This document shows positions 15,320 through 27,700 of a stretch of DNA of 64,000 bases, in pieces. The stretch is from Lingula anatina (Eukaryota > Animalia > Brachiopoda). Position 1 is the stretch's first letter; each line of letters opens with the position of its first letter. The stretch covers positions 70,038,788-70,102,787 of the forward strand of contig CM120640.1 in the NCBI GenBank assembly GCA_051362555.1, read 5' to 3'. Position numbers and translations under genes: made by a program. Under the pieces are notes generated by a model, which saw only the letters and a program-made list of their open reading frames with translations, made no database searches and was not told the DNA's origin.

Positions 15320-15725
15320 GAACTGGCACCATAAAATGAGAAAGTGACACAATGTCACGACTGGCACCATCAAAGAGAAGTGTCATGACTGGCACCATCG
15401 CACAGAGTGGCACAATGTCATGAATGGCACCATCGAATAGAGTGACACAATGCTTGACTGGCACCATCAAGCAGACAATTCACTAACTCGCACCATTATA
15501 TAGACAAATTGACACAATGTTATGACTGGCACCATCAAATACAATGTCACTGACTGGCACCATCAAAATACACAGTGTCACTGACTGGCACCATGAAACA
15601 GACAAAATGACACAATGTCATCCATGGCACCATCAAACAGACGAAATGATACAATGTCATAACTGGCACCATCAAACAGACGAAATGATACAATGTCATA
15701 ACTGCCACCATCAAATAGACAATGG
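15320..15725. repeat. Minisatellite, ~12 degenerate units of ~28-39 bp
   Basis: Recurring core TGACTGGCACCATCAAA...ACACAATGTCA; the last three units are ~39 bp and near identical. Confidence 0.85.
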
Positions 15726-16968
15726 CGCTAACAAACAGACAAGTCACTTTTTTCATAATTTTATTATCTTTGGTAGCACAATGTTGTGAACAAGAAAGAT
15801 GAGATGTTATAACCGCCAAAATAATGACCAGCAGCAAATGAACGTGACTGATTTTTCTACACTTTTTTGCTGTCATATTCTTCATCTCTGCATGTTCATT
15901 AGAAGTATCCCTCCATCAAATAGCAGAAGTGTCAGTAAAAGTTATGTTCAGCAGCAGCTTTAGTTATCTAAGATCTGTTTTCATTCAAAGAAAAGGCACC
16001 AGTTCTTAACACATAATACCAAAGCCTATTTAGCAGGTATAATTCATCTTTCACAAGAATCACCCATTGCTTGATGCTAAAAGCGTGCATCTGTTGTATT
16101 CTAACTAGATATTGATATTAATGTGTAGGTCCATGTACATATTATGGACATGTCTACCAACTATGATATAATTAAGATCCGTCTAAATCGTCTAAGTCTC
16201 ATATTAGGCCTTAACACTTGACTATCTGGAGTTAATTCTGATCTAAACAATACGATATATTGCTGCAATACTGACAAGTTTGGTAGAAGGCTGTGCTCTC
16301 TCTGGAATTAGAATTCCCACAACCAAGTATCTGATATAACCTAGTCAATGAATGCCAAAGGCATTACAGCATAAACCAAAGTGTACCCAACATATGGCTG
16401 TGTGCAGACTTTGACTGTGCCAAGTTTTTCCTAACCATGTAATTATCAAAGTATAGGTCATCGCCCATAGGTTTATTTTCACCACTTGGGTTTGCATCCA
16501 AAAGCATACTTCAAACTGACTACAAAAAACTTAAGTAATAACATGAATGAAATGATTGCTACAGGTTAAAACTGCTGTTGGAACATGAACAGAACCTGGC
16601 AAAGTGAAAGCTGTATTACTAAACTAATAAGACTTTACATCCCTCTTGAATCCACAGAGTCAAAGCCTATAATATACTTTAACATATATCACAGTCGATT
16701 TAGCTAACAGCTTCATCATGTCAACATAATATTCTCAAATCCAAGCCATCACTTTAACCCAGATATTTCTATATCATAATAAATTTTCAAAAATGAGCTT
16801 TTCATCATTTTTGATATTTTGACACAAAGGTACCCTCATGTACCTTGTAAGTGTACAGATTAAATGCATTAGTTACTCTGGGGGGGTGTACCCACCACCA
16901 TCAAAATTGCACATCAATAATCACTGCTATATCATGGGTGAATCCTCCAATATATTGGATACTTATGT

Positions 16969-16969
<1 letters not shown>

Positions 16970-17012
<43 letters not shown>
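16970..17012. repeat. Poly(A) tract, 43 nt (poly-U on the MTMR strand, downstream of its stop codon)
   Basis: Uninterrupted A run. Confidence 0.9.
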
Positions 17013-17014
<2 letters not shown>

Positions 17015-17490
17015 TAAACACAGGATTTCTTCATTCAGATTCTGAGTGGCAAGCATATAGCAGGCTCACATTTGCGCCCACCAGCAACCCAAATAGCACA
17101 TACCCCCTCGGCAGCTTTATATCCTCAGTCTTTGCGTTTACTCATCGTTTTGTGCACCATACATTTTTTACTCCATGTTTGATTGCAAGATTATATTGCT
17201 GCTGCCTTATAAAAAATAAAAATAAAATAATCATAATAAGGAAATTGTTTAAGATATCCAATTTTACAACAGTTCATCTGTAATGTCTAAATGGTAAAAG
17301 ATGCTCTCTCAGGCATGGACTGGGTTATCAAGACAAGCACTGCTGACAGTGACTTTACTGAGAAGATGAATTTCCTGTTTTCAACAGTCTTTTCAAAAGA
17401 AACTGCCAGTGTTAGAAAAGCAAGCACTGATGGTCTTCCACCCTGTTTGTCCGCTGGTGTCAGTAGTGGACTAAGGAGTGATCCGTACCC

Positions 17491-20400
17491 TCACGCCGAA
17501 GAACTCCCACTCCTCACAGGGTTCCTCTGTCCTCTGACCTCCTCGGCGCCGTAGCCAGACGCAGACATCTTCAGGTTGATGTAGCAGCCTTTGCACACTC
17601 GGCTTGGCTCAAACAGCTGTTGCTGGGGCACCGGGATGAAGTTGTTGGTACATGATCCACAAAATACCTGCCCACAGTTTCTGGAGATAGAGAAACAGGT
17701 TAGAAATGGGATTAAAAACACCATACCCATGTGTAATGACGAGGTTAAGTAAAATCAACTGGGCTCTATTAAAAAGTAGTATTTTGTACCTTAAATAGGA
17801 CATTGATTAACAAATAAATATCATTGATACGTCCTTGACAGCAGTATCGCTATATCATCATGAGTGGAGTCAGTGGTTTGTGTACCTGCAGTGGTGTCTC
17901 CTCCTGGCAAAGTAGAACTCTCCGTCACAGCCAGCACAGTGCGTGACCACATGGTCCGGCACCCACAGTGTCACCCTGGCGTCCTGCTCCTCCAGAGGCT
18001 CCCAGCTGGCATCTGAGGCAGCATTACTGTTCAGGGACATGTGCTCATCACCCTCTGTAGACTCCGGGAGTGACATCTGGGGACAGAGAAATGAAATGCC
18101 AGAGGAAGCTAAAACAGTCACACACACCCACCCACACACACACACAGTTGCCATGATTCTTTAACCTGTAGATATACCATATGAGCTGACTGTGGTCCCT
18201 GGTCAAGCCACCAACCACTTTGTCCTATATATATAGCCATGATTATTCCACCTATGATATGCCATATAAGCTGACAAAGCTGTCCCAATATTCAAGCCAC
18301 CTACCACGTCATCTTTATCATATATCATATACATAACCCAAGAATCTTCAGCCTATGATATGTCACATTAAGTTGACAAAGTATTTCCCAATATTCAAGC
18401 CACCTACCACATCATCTTTGTCCCCAGACCTGCCCAGGCCATTGACCCCTGGGATCCAGCGCCGCGCCAGCCGCAGCTGATTCATTAAGAAAGCTATCCT
18501 GTTCTGGTACTCCTCCTCTTTTTGCTGTAGTCTCTGGTGAATCTCGTCCTCAAATGTGGTTAGTCCATCACAGTCCAGGTGCCGCGCTACCATGCTAATA
18601 CTACGATGCACAGAGGAACCATTCTGTAAGGAGACATGGAAACACTTTTAGAGGGAGTAGGATTTACTGTAGGGAAAAAGAATTACCAATCCATGTATAA
18701 ATATCAATTTTATATTTGTGACTTCTTATATGCTGACCAATAGACTGGTTGAAAACACTATATATGATAGGTATGAATTTTTTCAATAACAGTATTGCCT
18801 GTGTACCATGAGGGAAGTCTTTAAAAACAGCTCAATAGAAAAGTTGACACGAATTATGACCGCACAGAAATTGCCCAAAAAAATAAAGGAATTTTATCAA
18901 CTGTTATAAAGAAGGGCACATTGTCTCAATTGTTAGAAGCATTTACTTCACATTAATGGAAAGAAAGAGAGTGGATCTACGCATAAGATTGTCAATGGCA
19001 AATTCTATGTATCAGGAATTGCAAAAGACTGATTGAAAACATACGTATGACAGGTATGAATCTCTTCAAGAAATTCTCCACTCACCTGTTTATCTGTGCC
19101 AGGGGTTGGGGGACAGGTTGAGCTGGGGGTGCGGGAATAATAAGGAGTGGAACGATCAGATTCCATGCTAGATGATGAAGCCTTGCCATTAGAATTGGCC
19201 GCTTGAGCACAGCTTGGCTTACAACTGGTAGTATAACATTTCAAGTGCAGGCTCAGCGGGTTACGCTGCTTCACTTGGGAGTCACTGATATCAGTGGTGC
19301 TCGTACTGATAGTTGAATAATTTTGAAAAGATTGACTCTTACTGGGCTGTGCCTCCACCCCAGAGCCTCCATTCTGATACAGACAAGTATCTGAGTGTCC
19401 ATTGGTAAGTTCTTTCCCACTCCTGTCTTGCTGTGGCAGGGTGCAGTCAGCACCTATGAGAGTGTCCGTTGAGCTGGCTACAGAAACACTCCTAAATTCA
19501 CTTTTCTCCTGTTCACTTGAAGACTCCCCTCCTTCAGTATCATTAATACTATGACCATTGGGCAAGTGATCACAGTCCTGTCCATTGACTAGAGTGACAC
19601 TGGGGTCAGTCTCCTCACTAGATTGTCCTGCTGTACTTTCCTCTCCAAGTGAGCTGCCTTTCTTGGCATCACTATCATATCCTTGAAGACCATTCAAGTC
19701 TTGGCCTTCCTCCTCAGCCTGTGTTTCTGAAGCCAATTCTCCCTTAGGTTCATCTGATGATGAAATATCCGAGGATGCGTTACTTTCTGCTCCATTTATT
19801 TTCGGTTGACTAGATGGGAAGAGAGGGTCGCTGTGTGGCACAGGAGCGTCCCCGGAGTGCACAATGTTAGGATCACTTAGTCGCCTGGTAAGATTGGAGG
19901 TATTCTCCAACGCTGCTATGATATCATCACAAGACTTAGTTTTATGCAACGGTTTGTCAAACTCTGCTGCTTCCAATGCATACTCCTCGTCCTCGTGTGC
20001 TACCTCCTTCGACACAGGCATGGAGGAAGTGCTGGAGAGATAGATGGAGGACCACAGCTCCATGTCACTCACATTGCAAGATGGTCGGAGTACCTGAAGA
20101 AAACAAATATTCCACACTTCAGTTCACGTATAATAAATATTTTTTCATCTGCACGTTACTCATTGCTTCTATTTTACCTCTGACAGTATATGCCTTTGTC
20201 AAAAATACAATAATAAAAGTACATACAAATTCCATGTTAGTTTACAAATGCATTTTTACTTGAAAAATTCACTCTATCTTACCTGGTCATTAAGTGAAGA
20301 GTATAAAAAGTTTTTGAACTTCTTATTGTCTGGTCTGAGCAGTGTCCACACAGAAAAGGCCCTCTCTCGGACCTTCCCCCTCTCTCGTTCCTGAGCTGAG

Positions 20401-23400
20401 TTACACAGGAATGTTCCAAACAAGCGAGAGTACACATGCTGTGCAAGTTTGACCTTGATAGGAAAGAATAACAGTGAATAGCACTGACATAAACTGCACA
20501 TGCTCTTATGTTGACATTTACAGACAAAGACCTAATGAAATGAAATTACTTAAACATTTTAAAAAGCTAAGGATCAGGATCACACTTACTTTATTGTAAA
20601 ACAAAGAAAAAGAGTTGTGCCACTTGATAAAGATATCTTAATAGTAATACTTATTTGCCAATAACATATACAGGAAAAAAGTGACCGCTTACCAGGAAAG
20701 TCTCATTAAATTCAAAAGCACAGGGAAACTGTCTCTGCAGCTGATGAATACAATCAAGCCATTGGAGGAATGCAGGGCAGCGTTCATTGACATCATCGCA
20801 GTTGACACCGTTACCACAACGGTCTCCAAACTTGTGCCCAAAGTCCAGCCATTCTCTTTCAACAAGAGCTTGAAATCCCTGTAGAAAGTAGTAAACATAT
20901 CTAAAATACAAGGCAATGGTTTTACAAGATGTTAGACATATAAAATACAATACTAGGCTTCCTTGCCTTGATAATGAAAACTTAATTTTTGTCCACTAAA
21001 ATAACCAACACATACCTGTATGGTCCTGTAATATGCATCTAGTTGGAGCTCTGCCAGCGCCACTATCTGCGGTGTCCTGTCCCAGCCGTCTGAGCAGTGG
21101 ACAAGCACTGGACGCTGCTCCTTGTCAATAGCATTCACCACTATGACAGCAGCACGCATCAGGTTAGCTATGTGCTGCAGCCACTTGGTGGTCTCCAGCC
21201 CAGAGTACCAACTGAAAGGGACATAGAAATTATCACATACATTTTAAACTAAATGTCTATGGTTGAAAATCCTACTGTTTACTATAATATTGACATGAAG
21301 ATTAGACTATTACCATATATCACAGAAGCACACTGAGGCACAAAATAGACATTGTCTTCACGTTATTTAGTATCATAGAATATAAATCCACAAGTGAACT
21401 AGAGGATCAGAGAGGCGATACCGCCTCCGAATATTGTACCACCAGCTGGAGCAAGCGCATTCGTATAGACCCCCACATACACAAAATAAGGGACATAGCC
21501 ACCAGTCTTTTGCTTGACAAGCTGTAAAAATGCAATCAACAAGAATTTTCAAAATATGCAAAAAAATATATCAAAAGTTCATCAAAAGGTAGGTGAAAGG
21601 TCAATTTCACAGTAAGATTGCCAGTATATGACTTCCTATTCAACTTCAAAAGTAACTTTGGACCTATCTCTGCCAGTTTGGGAGATAAAAGGGAAGCAAA
21701 ATTTGCAAAGTTCAGTTCATGGTGAAAAGTAGGTCAACGGTCAATTTCAAGGTCACATTAAGATTGCCAGTGTATGGCTTCCTATTCAACTTCAATAGTA
21801 ACTATGGACCTATCTCTGCCAGTTTTAGAGATAAAAGGGAAGCAAAATTTGCAAAGTTCAGTTCATGGTGAAAAGTAGGTCAAAGGTCAATTTCAAGGTC
21901 ACATTCAGATTGCCAGTATATGACTTCCTATTCAACTTCAATAGTAACTATGGACCTATCTCTGCCAGTTTTGGATATGAATGGGAAGCAAAATTTGCAA
22001 AATTCAGTTCATGGTGAAAAGAAGGTCAAAGGTCAATTTCAAGGTCACATTTAGATTGCCAGTGTATGACTTTCTATTCAAGTTCAATAGTAACTATGGA
22101 CCTATCTCTGCCAGTTTTGGAGATAAAAGAGAAGCAAAATTTGGAAAGTTCAGTTCATGGTGTAAAGTAGGTCAAAGGTCAATTTCAAGGTCACATTTAG
22201 ATTGCCAGTATATGACTTCCTATTCAAGTTCAATAGAAACTATGGACCTATCTCTGCCAGTTTTGGAGATAAAAGGGAAGCAAAATTTGCAAAGTTCAGT
22301 TCATGGTGAAAAGTAGGTCAAAGGTCAATTTCAAGGTCACATTTGGATTGCCAGTATATGACTTCCTATTAAAGTTCAATAGTAACTATGGACCTATCTC
22401 TGCCAGTTTTGGAGATAAAAGGGCAGCAAAATTTGCAGAGTTCAGTTCATGGTAAAAAGTAGGTCAAATGTCAATTTCAAGGTCACATTTAGATTGCCAG
22501 TATATGACTTCCCATTCAAGTTCAATAGTAACTATGGACCTATCTCTGCCAGTTTGGGAGATAAAAGGGAAGCAAAATTTGCAAAGTTCAGTTCATGGTG
22601 AAAAGTAGGTCAAAGGTCAATTTCAAGGTCACATTTAGATTGCCAGTATATGACTTCCCATTCAAGTTCAATAGTAACTATGGACCTATCTCTGCCAGTT
22701 TTGGAGATAAAAGGGAAGCAAAATTTGCAAAGTTCAGTTCATGGTGAAAAGTAAGTCAAAGGTCAATTTCAAGGTCACATTTAGATTGCCAGTATATGAC
22801 TTTCTATTCAACTTCAATAGTAACTATGGACCCATCTCTGCCAGTTTTGGATATGAATGGGAAGCAAAATTTGCAAAATTCAGTTCATGGTGAAAAGAAG
22901 GTCAAAGGTCAATTTCAAGGTCACATTTAGATTGCCAGTGTATGACTTTCTATTCAAGTTCAATAGTAACTATGGACCTATCTCTGCCAGTTTTGGAGAT
23001 AAAAGGGAAGCAAAATTTGGAAAGTTCAGTTCATGGTGTAAAGTAGGTCAAAGGTCAATTTCAAGGTCACATTTAGATTGCCAGTGTATGACTTCCTATT
23101 AAAGTTCAATAGTAACTATGGACCTATCTCTGCCAGTTTTGGAGATAAAAGTGCAGCAAAATTTGCAAAGTTCAGTTCATGGTGAAAAGTAGGTCAAAGG
23201 TCAATTTCAAGGTCACATTTAGATTGCCAGTATATGACTTCCTATTCAAGTCCAATAGTAACTATGGACCTATCTCTGCCAGTTTTGGATATGAAAGGGA
23301 AGCAAAATATGCAAAGTTTAGTTCATGGTGAAAAGTAGTCAGGCGGCTCAGTCCAAATTTTATCCAGAATTGTGCAAAAGATGATAACAGCATGAAATTT

Positions 23401-24693
23401 TCCACGATGAATGACCATTGGGTGTTTGTCAACCCCCTGATCCAAAATAGATGAACACCCAATGGTTATTCATCGGGGAAAGTTTCATGCTTTTATCATC
23501 TATTGCACAATTCTGGATAAAATTTGGACTTAGCCACCTGACTATACCGTACTGCACATTTTGCTTTCACCACCAATATGTACTTTTTGATAGCGTAACT
23601 CGAAAACCATTTGGAATACAAAAAAACGGAGACCACCCCCAGTGTTGGGCTTTACATGCTCTACAAAATGCAAAAAAGAATGGGTCTCTAGCATTAACGG
23701 TTCCCGAATTAGAGACAGTTTTCAGTTTCGGCATCTTATGGCCGTTACTCCAGTGAAAATGCACCAATTGACCCCAAATTCACGGAGATGAAAGATGACC
23801 TGAAGGGTAACACTTTCCAATAATATTATTGGTTAAGTCTGTGTGGTGTCTGAATAACAGGGCAAAAAAAATTTTTTTCATAAAAAATATTATTTTTTTG
23901 AAAATTTTGGCCCGTTTGACCTTGAAGTAAAGGTCAAAGGTCAAATCCAAGGGCATATTTGAAATCTACACATATGACTTTTGGAAAGCCGTCTGTAGAA
24001 ATTTTTCCCATAACCCCTTCCGTAGGGTAGATAATTAGCATTTAATTTTGCCATTTTTGGACAAGGGTGCATTGCAATGAGTGCCACATCCAGACCCCAA
24101 TACCGGCAAAGCCCAAATTTTACGTGGAACGAGCTGAGATTATAGGTGACCTAAATCCAAGAGATGGGTACGGGGGCCCTTACGGTCTAGGAGGAGAAGC
24201 GGTAACGGTAGCCGTCCAGCGGAGCCGGCGGAACGATCCGGACGGGACCGAAACCATGTGTACCGCCAGCGCTAACGCTGGTGGTACAATTACCATTGGA
24301 TTTTGTCATACATTTGCCTATGCATAGCTTTATGTTCAAAGTCTATAGAACATCTTCACTTTGTTTAATATTTTCTCATTAAATAATTGCCCTTACTTGG
24401 GTTGTTCTGGTCCTGCAGCACACAAGGCTCGCACAGCTAGATAGCTCTTCCTTATGGCATGGATATTAGCCAGGTTCATAAACTGAATCTCACAGTTGGG
24501 GTAATATTCTGTAATAGAGGAAGATAGCAAATATCTTATAGATATGATCACATTTGTAACAGACAAATATCCAATGGCTATGATAATATTCTTATACAGA
24601 AAAGGGTTAAGATTACTTCTTAGCACAATGACTTTGATATTAGAAAATGTCTCTAAATCATAATGGCCCACTAGCATGAATCTATAAAAATTA

Positions 24694-24749
<56 letters not shown>

Positions 24750-27700
24750 AAGTAAATTCCCCATACCAATGCATTCACAGCCCCCTCCTTTGGCTCTGTT
24801 GGCAAAGGCAGCACCATAAGATCTGGCATCCACTATCAGCAGTTTCCTGGCTTCACACTGATCACTGCCATCACTGGGGGAGGTTGAACCTGGACACAAT
24901 GACAGATAGTGATTTGGAAGGGGGAGAGAGGGATAAAATATACTAAATATACTCTACATAAGTAAAATGTAGGAAAAATAACACTTGGTTTTGGAATATG
25001 TACTGTAGATTTTAAGTTAATTTTATGATAAGATATACGCAAATTCCTATCAACCAGCACCCTCCATGTTATTCGTTTAAATCTAACTTCCATAAGAATT
25101 TCATTTACAAAACCACCCAAATAAAATATTCTAAATGTCCACTTAAAAAAAAACAAAAAAACATTTGTTACCATTCAGGGTTTCTGCTTCATCCAATACA
25201 CTCTCACCCCCCTTCTTCTTCTCACTGTCCACAACACATGCTTTTGCTATGGCTAACAGTAACTGTTCATCTTGAGAGTTTCTCCATCCAAGCCAACCAA
25301 CTTCTGGCTGACTACAGCGAGCTATCACAGCTCCATTTTGACGGCTCCTTTTGAAAATAAAGAAAACAGGCATGAGACCAGTCCTCACTGAAAAAGTAGG
25401 ATTTACATGATTTACCAGATTTACACGATTCACTAGAATGACCCAAACGAGCCTGAAAAAGTTGGAATTCTGACAAAAGTTGGAAAAGTCTCATCAGTGG
25501 AAAAAACATCACAAAACTGCAATCACAACTGCACCCTTATAAAACTATTTTTGTCAAACAATGCAATTATTGACCGTAAATGCCATAAAATGCACACAGA
25601 TGCATTGACAATGCGATGTTTACCTCCATACAACTGATGGAAATCTTCGTGAAGATCTAAAAGCTGCCACACTTTCTACATCCTTGTCTGACACAGAGAT
25701 AGGCACAATATGGTACTTCGGATAGCTCGGAGAAACCCTGCACAAAAACAAAATGTATTGTACTCTCCAGTATTATTGCCACTCAAATATACTCCAATGA
25801 AACTAAAACTTGCTAATTCCTTCTAGGGACCAATTGGTAACTTGATGTAGTTTCAATAATATAATATTTTGCAAATGACTAAATGAGCTCATTACAGAGA
25901 CTACTCAACAGCATTAACACTTAACTGCATTTGAGCATTATTATTGTTGTTTCTTAAACATAACAAAACCCATATGATGTAAAAATTTCTATTTCCATTT
26001 TTCATTGCTTCATATGAAAGAAGAGGCATACAACTTTAAGCAAAAACAATTACTATAACAGGAGGAGCTTGCCCTTTAGTGCAGCACCACAGACATACTC
26101 AGGTGTTTGGGACATGCAAAATAATAAACATGATTATACATGTATTCAAAGCTATACACATGTCACTTCATCACTTGGGAATGGTGCTGATGGGAATTTT
26201 TAGTTCTGCCTAATACCTTTTAAAAATGAGAGTGTTCTGTCAAAACTACTTACTTGTAATCTTCATTGAGCTGACATATCCTCCAGACTTTCTTCAAGTC
26301 AAACCCCATCCTCTCCACTTCCTTACCAGAGCTATACAAAGACTCGTCTCCTGATAAGTGAACAAAAAACATGTTTACCATATCCTGCTGTCAGAGATGT
26401 TTACTATATCCTGCTGTCAGGGACATTGCATATGTCTCAAAAAGCTAGTCAAGGAAATAAATGGGGAATCCTTATCCTTAAAATATCTTAATTTCTTCTG
26501 TATCATAAAAGCCAATTCTCTGTGACCCTACTACAGCATCAGAGTACTTACCTCCATTGAGAGATGGCTGTTGATCATCCTGGTGACTGGGATCCACACA
26601 CCAAGCATGGAAAGCAAATGCAAAGAAATCATCCAGTTTCTCAGGGAGGGAGATAGCCAGGCTAATTCTACGATACCATTCTAGACAGGTCTCATTGGTA
26701 GCAAATGCACACCTGTAAATAAACAACAACAACCACATACCTATGACATTTCAAAAGAAAACAAGGTACAACCTACATAACCACATTGTGATCAAGTGAC
26801 TGAAAAAATTGATGCTTGTTCTTCTGGAACCACTGCCTAGTTAACACTAATGTGACATCCTGATAGTATTACCTAAGGGATGTAACCATAAAATGAAAAG
26901 GGTCACTGAGACTGGAGCCTCCTGTTTTAATTAAATATCATATATCAGTCTAGACACCTGGGTTATCTAACCTCCACCATCCCTATCTGAGGATAACCTG
27001 TATGTTATAACTTCACTGATTTGAACTGGTTGAAACACTCCATCAATGTATAATATTATTCACACACACACATGCACGCACACACACACACAAACCACTT
27101 TGAATTTAACTGAACAATGCTGCTAAGGCCACTTGTTGTTCAAGTGTCATGACCTGTTTCTGACCTGTTGGTTACTAATCTCCATGACAAAATTATGCAT
27201 ATATTTTACATGAGGAATTTGGCCATGAACACAAACTGTTACTTTACAAGGTGACCTCTTGTGAGTCTAACAAACAAACAAGCTGCGGAATATCCTCTTT
27301 CAATAAACATATTTCTTTTACTATGTTCCAAGCTATTATAGTCTAGTATAGTCATAGAAAACTATTATGACTCAAACACACATGCACTGTTAAAATAAAA
27401 CATCTATACATATATATCTACAGTACATTAAAACATAGATTAATCATTTAATAAATTAACTGATAAATTGATAAACAAGTTATTCCAATTTAGGATTTTT
27501 TACAGTACATTGATAATTTAAATATCTACACAACCCTAACAATATATCTAAAAATAAACAGTAACATGATCTAGTTGAAATGGGAACATGTTTTTGAAAA
27601 CCTCTGGGCTTAGATACATCAATATCTGTTAGAGATATGACTGAAGCCTATCATCATACTCATATGATGGACTCAGGCCAAAAGCATGGAGCCTTTCTAT

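Larger units (their letters stand above)
21399..24291 (-). mobile_element. Non-autonomous Helentron-associated (HINE/DINE-1-like) element in MTMR intron 8
   Basis: Sub-terminal inverted repeats ATTGTACCACCAGC (21433-21446) and GCTGGTGGTACAAT (24277-24290). 5'-end hairpin TGTACCGCCAGCG-CTAA-CGCTGGTGGTACA. 3' stem-loop GAGGCG-ATAC-CGCCTC (21412-21427), followed on the minus strand by CTAG|TT. Central tandem array. Confidence 0.75.

Noticed and set aside
16851-17045. Poly-lysine ORF or retrocopy tail
   Set aside because: It comes from a bare poly(A) run; no recognisable retroposed body or target-site duplication.
21981-23102. ORFs of 111 and 81 aa with near-identical sequence
   Set aside because: They are translations of the 146-bp satellite; the unit length is not a multiple of 3.
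21555-23337. CRISPR-like array (also considered for 15320-15725)
   Set aside because: Units are contiguous tandem copies without unique spacers, there are no cas genes, and the context is a eukaryotic intron.
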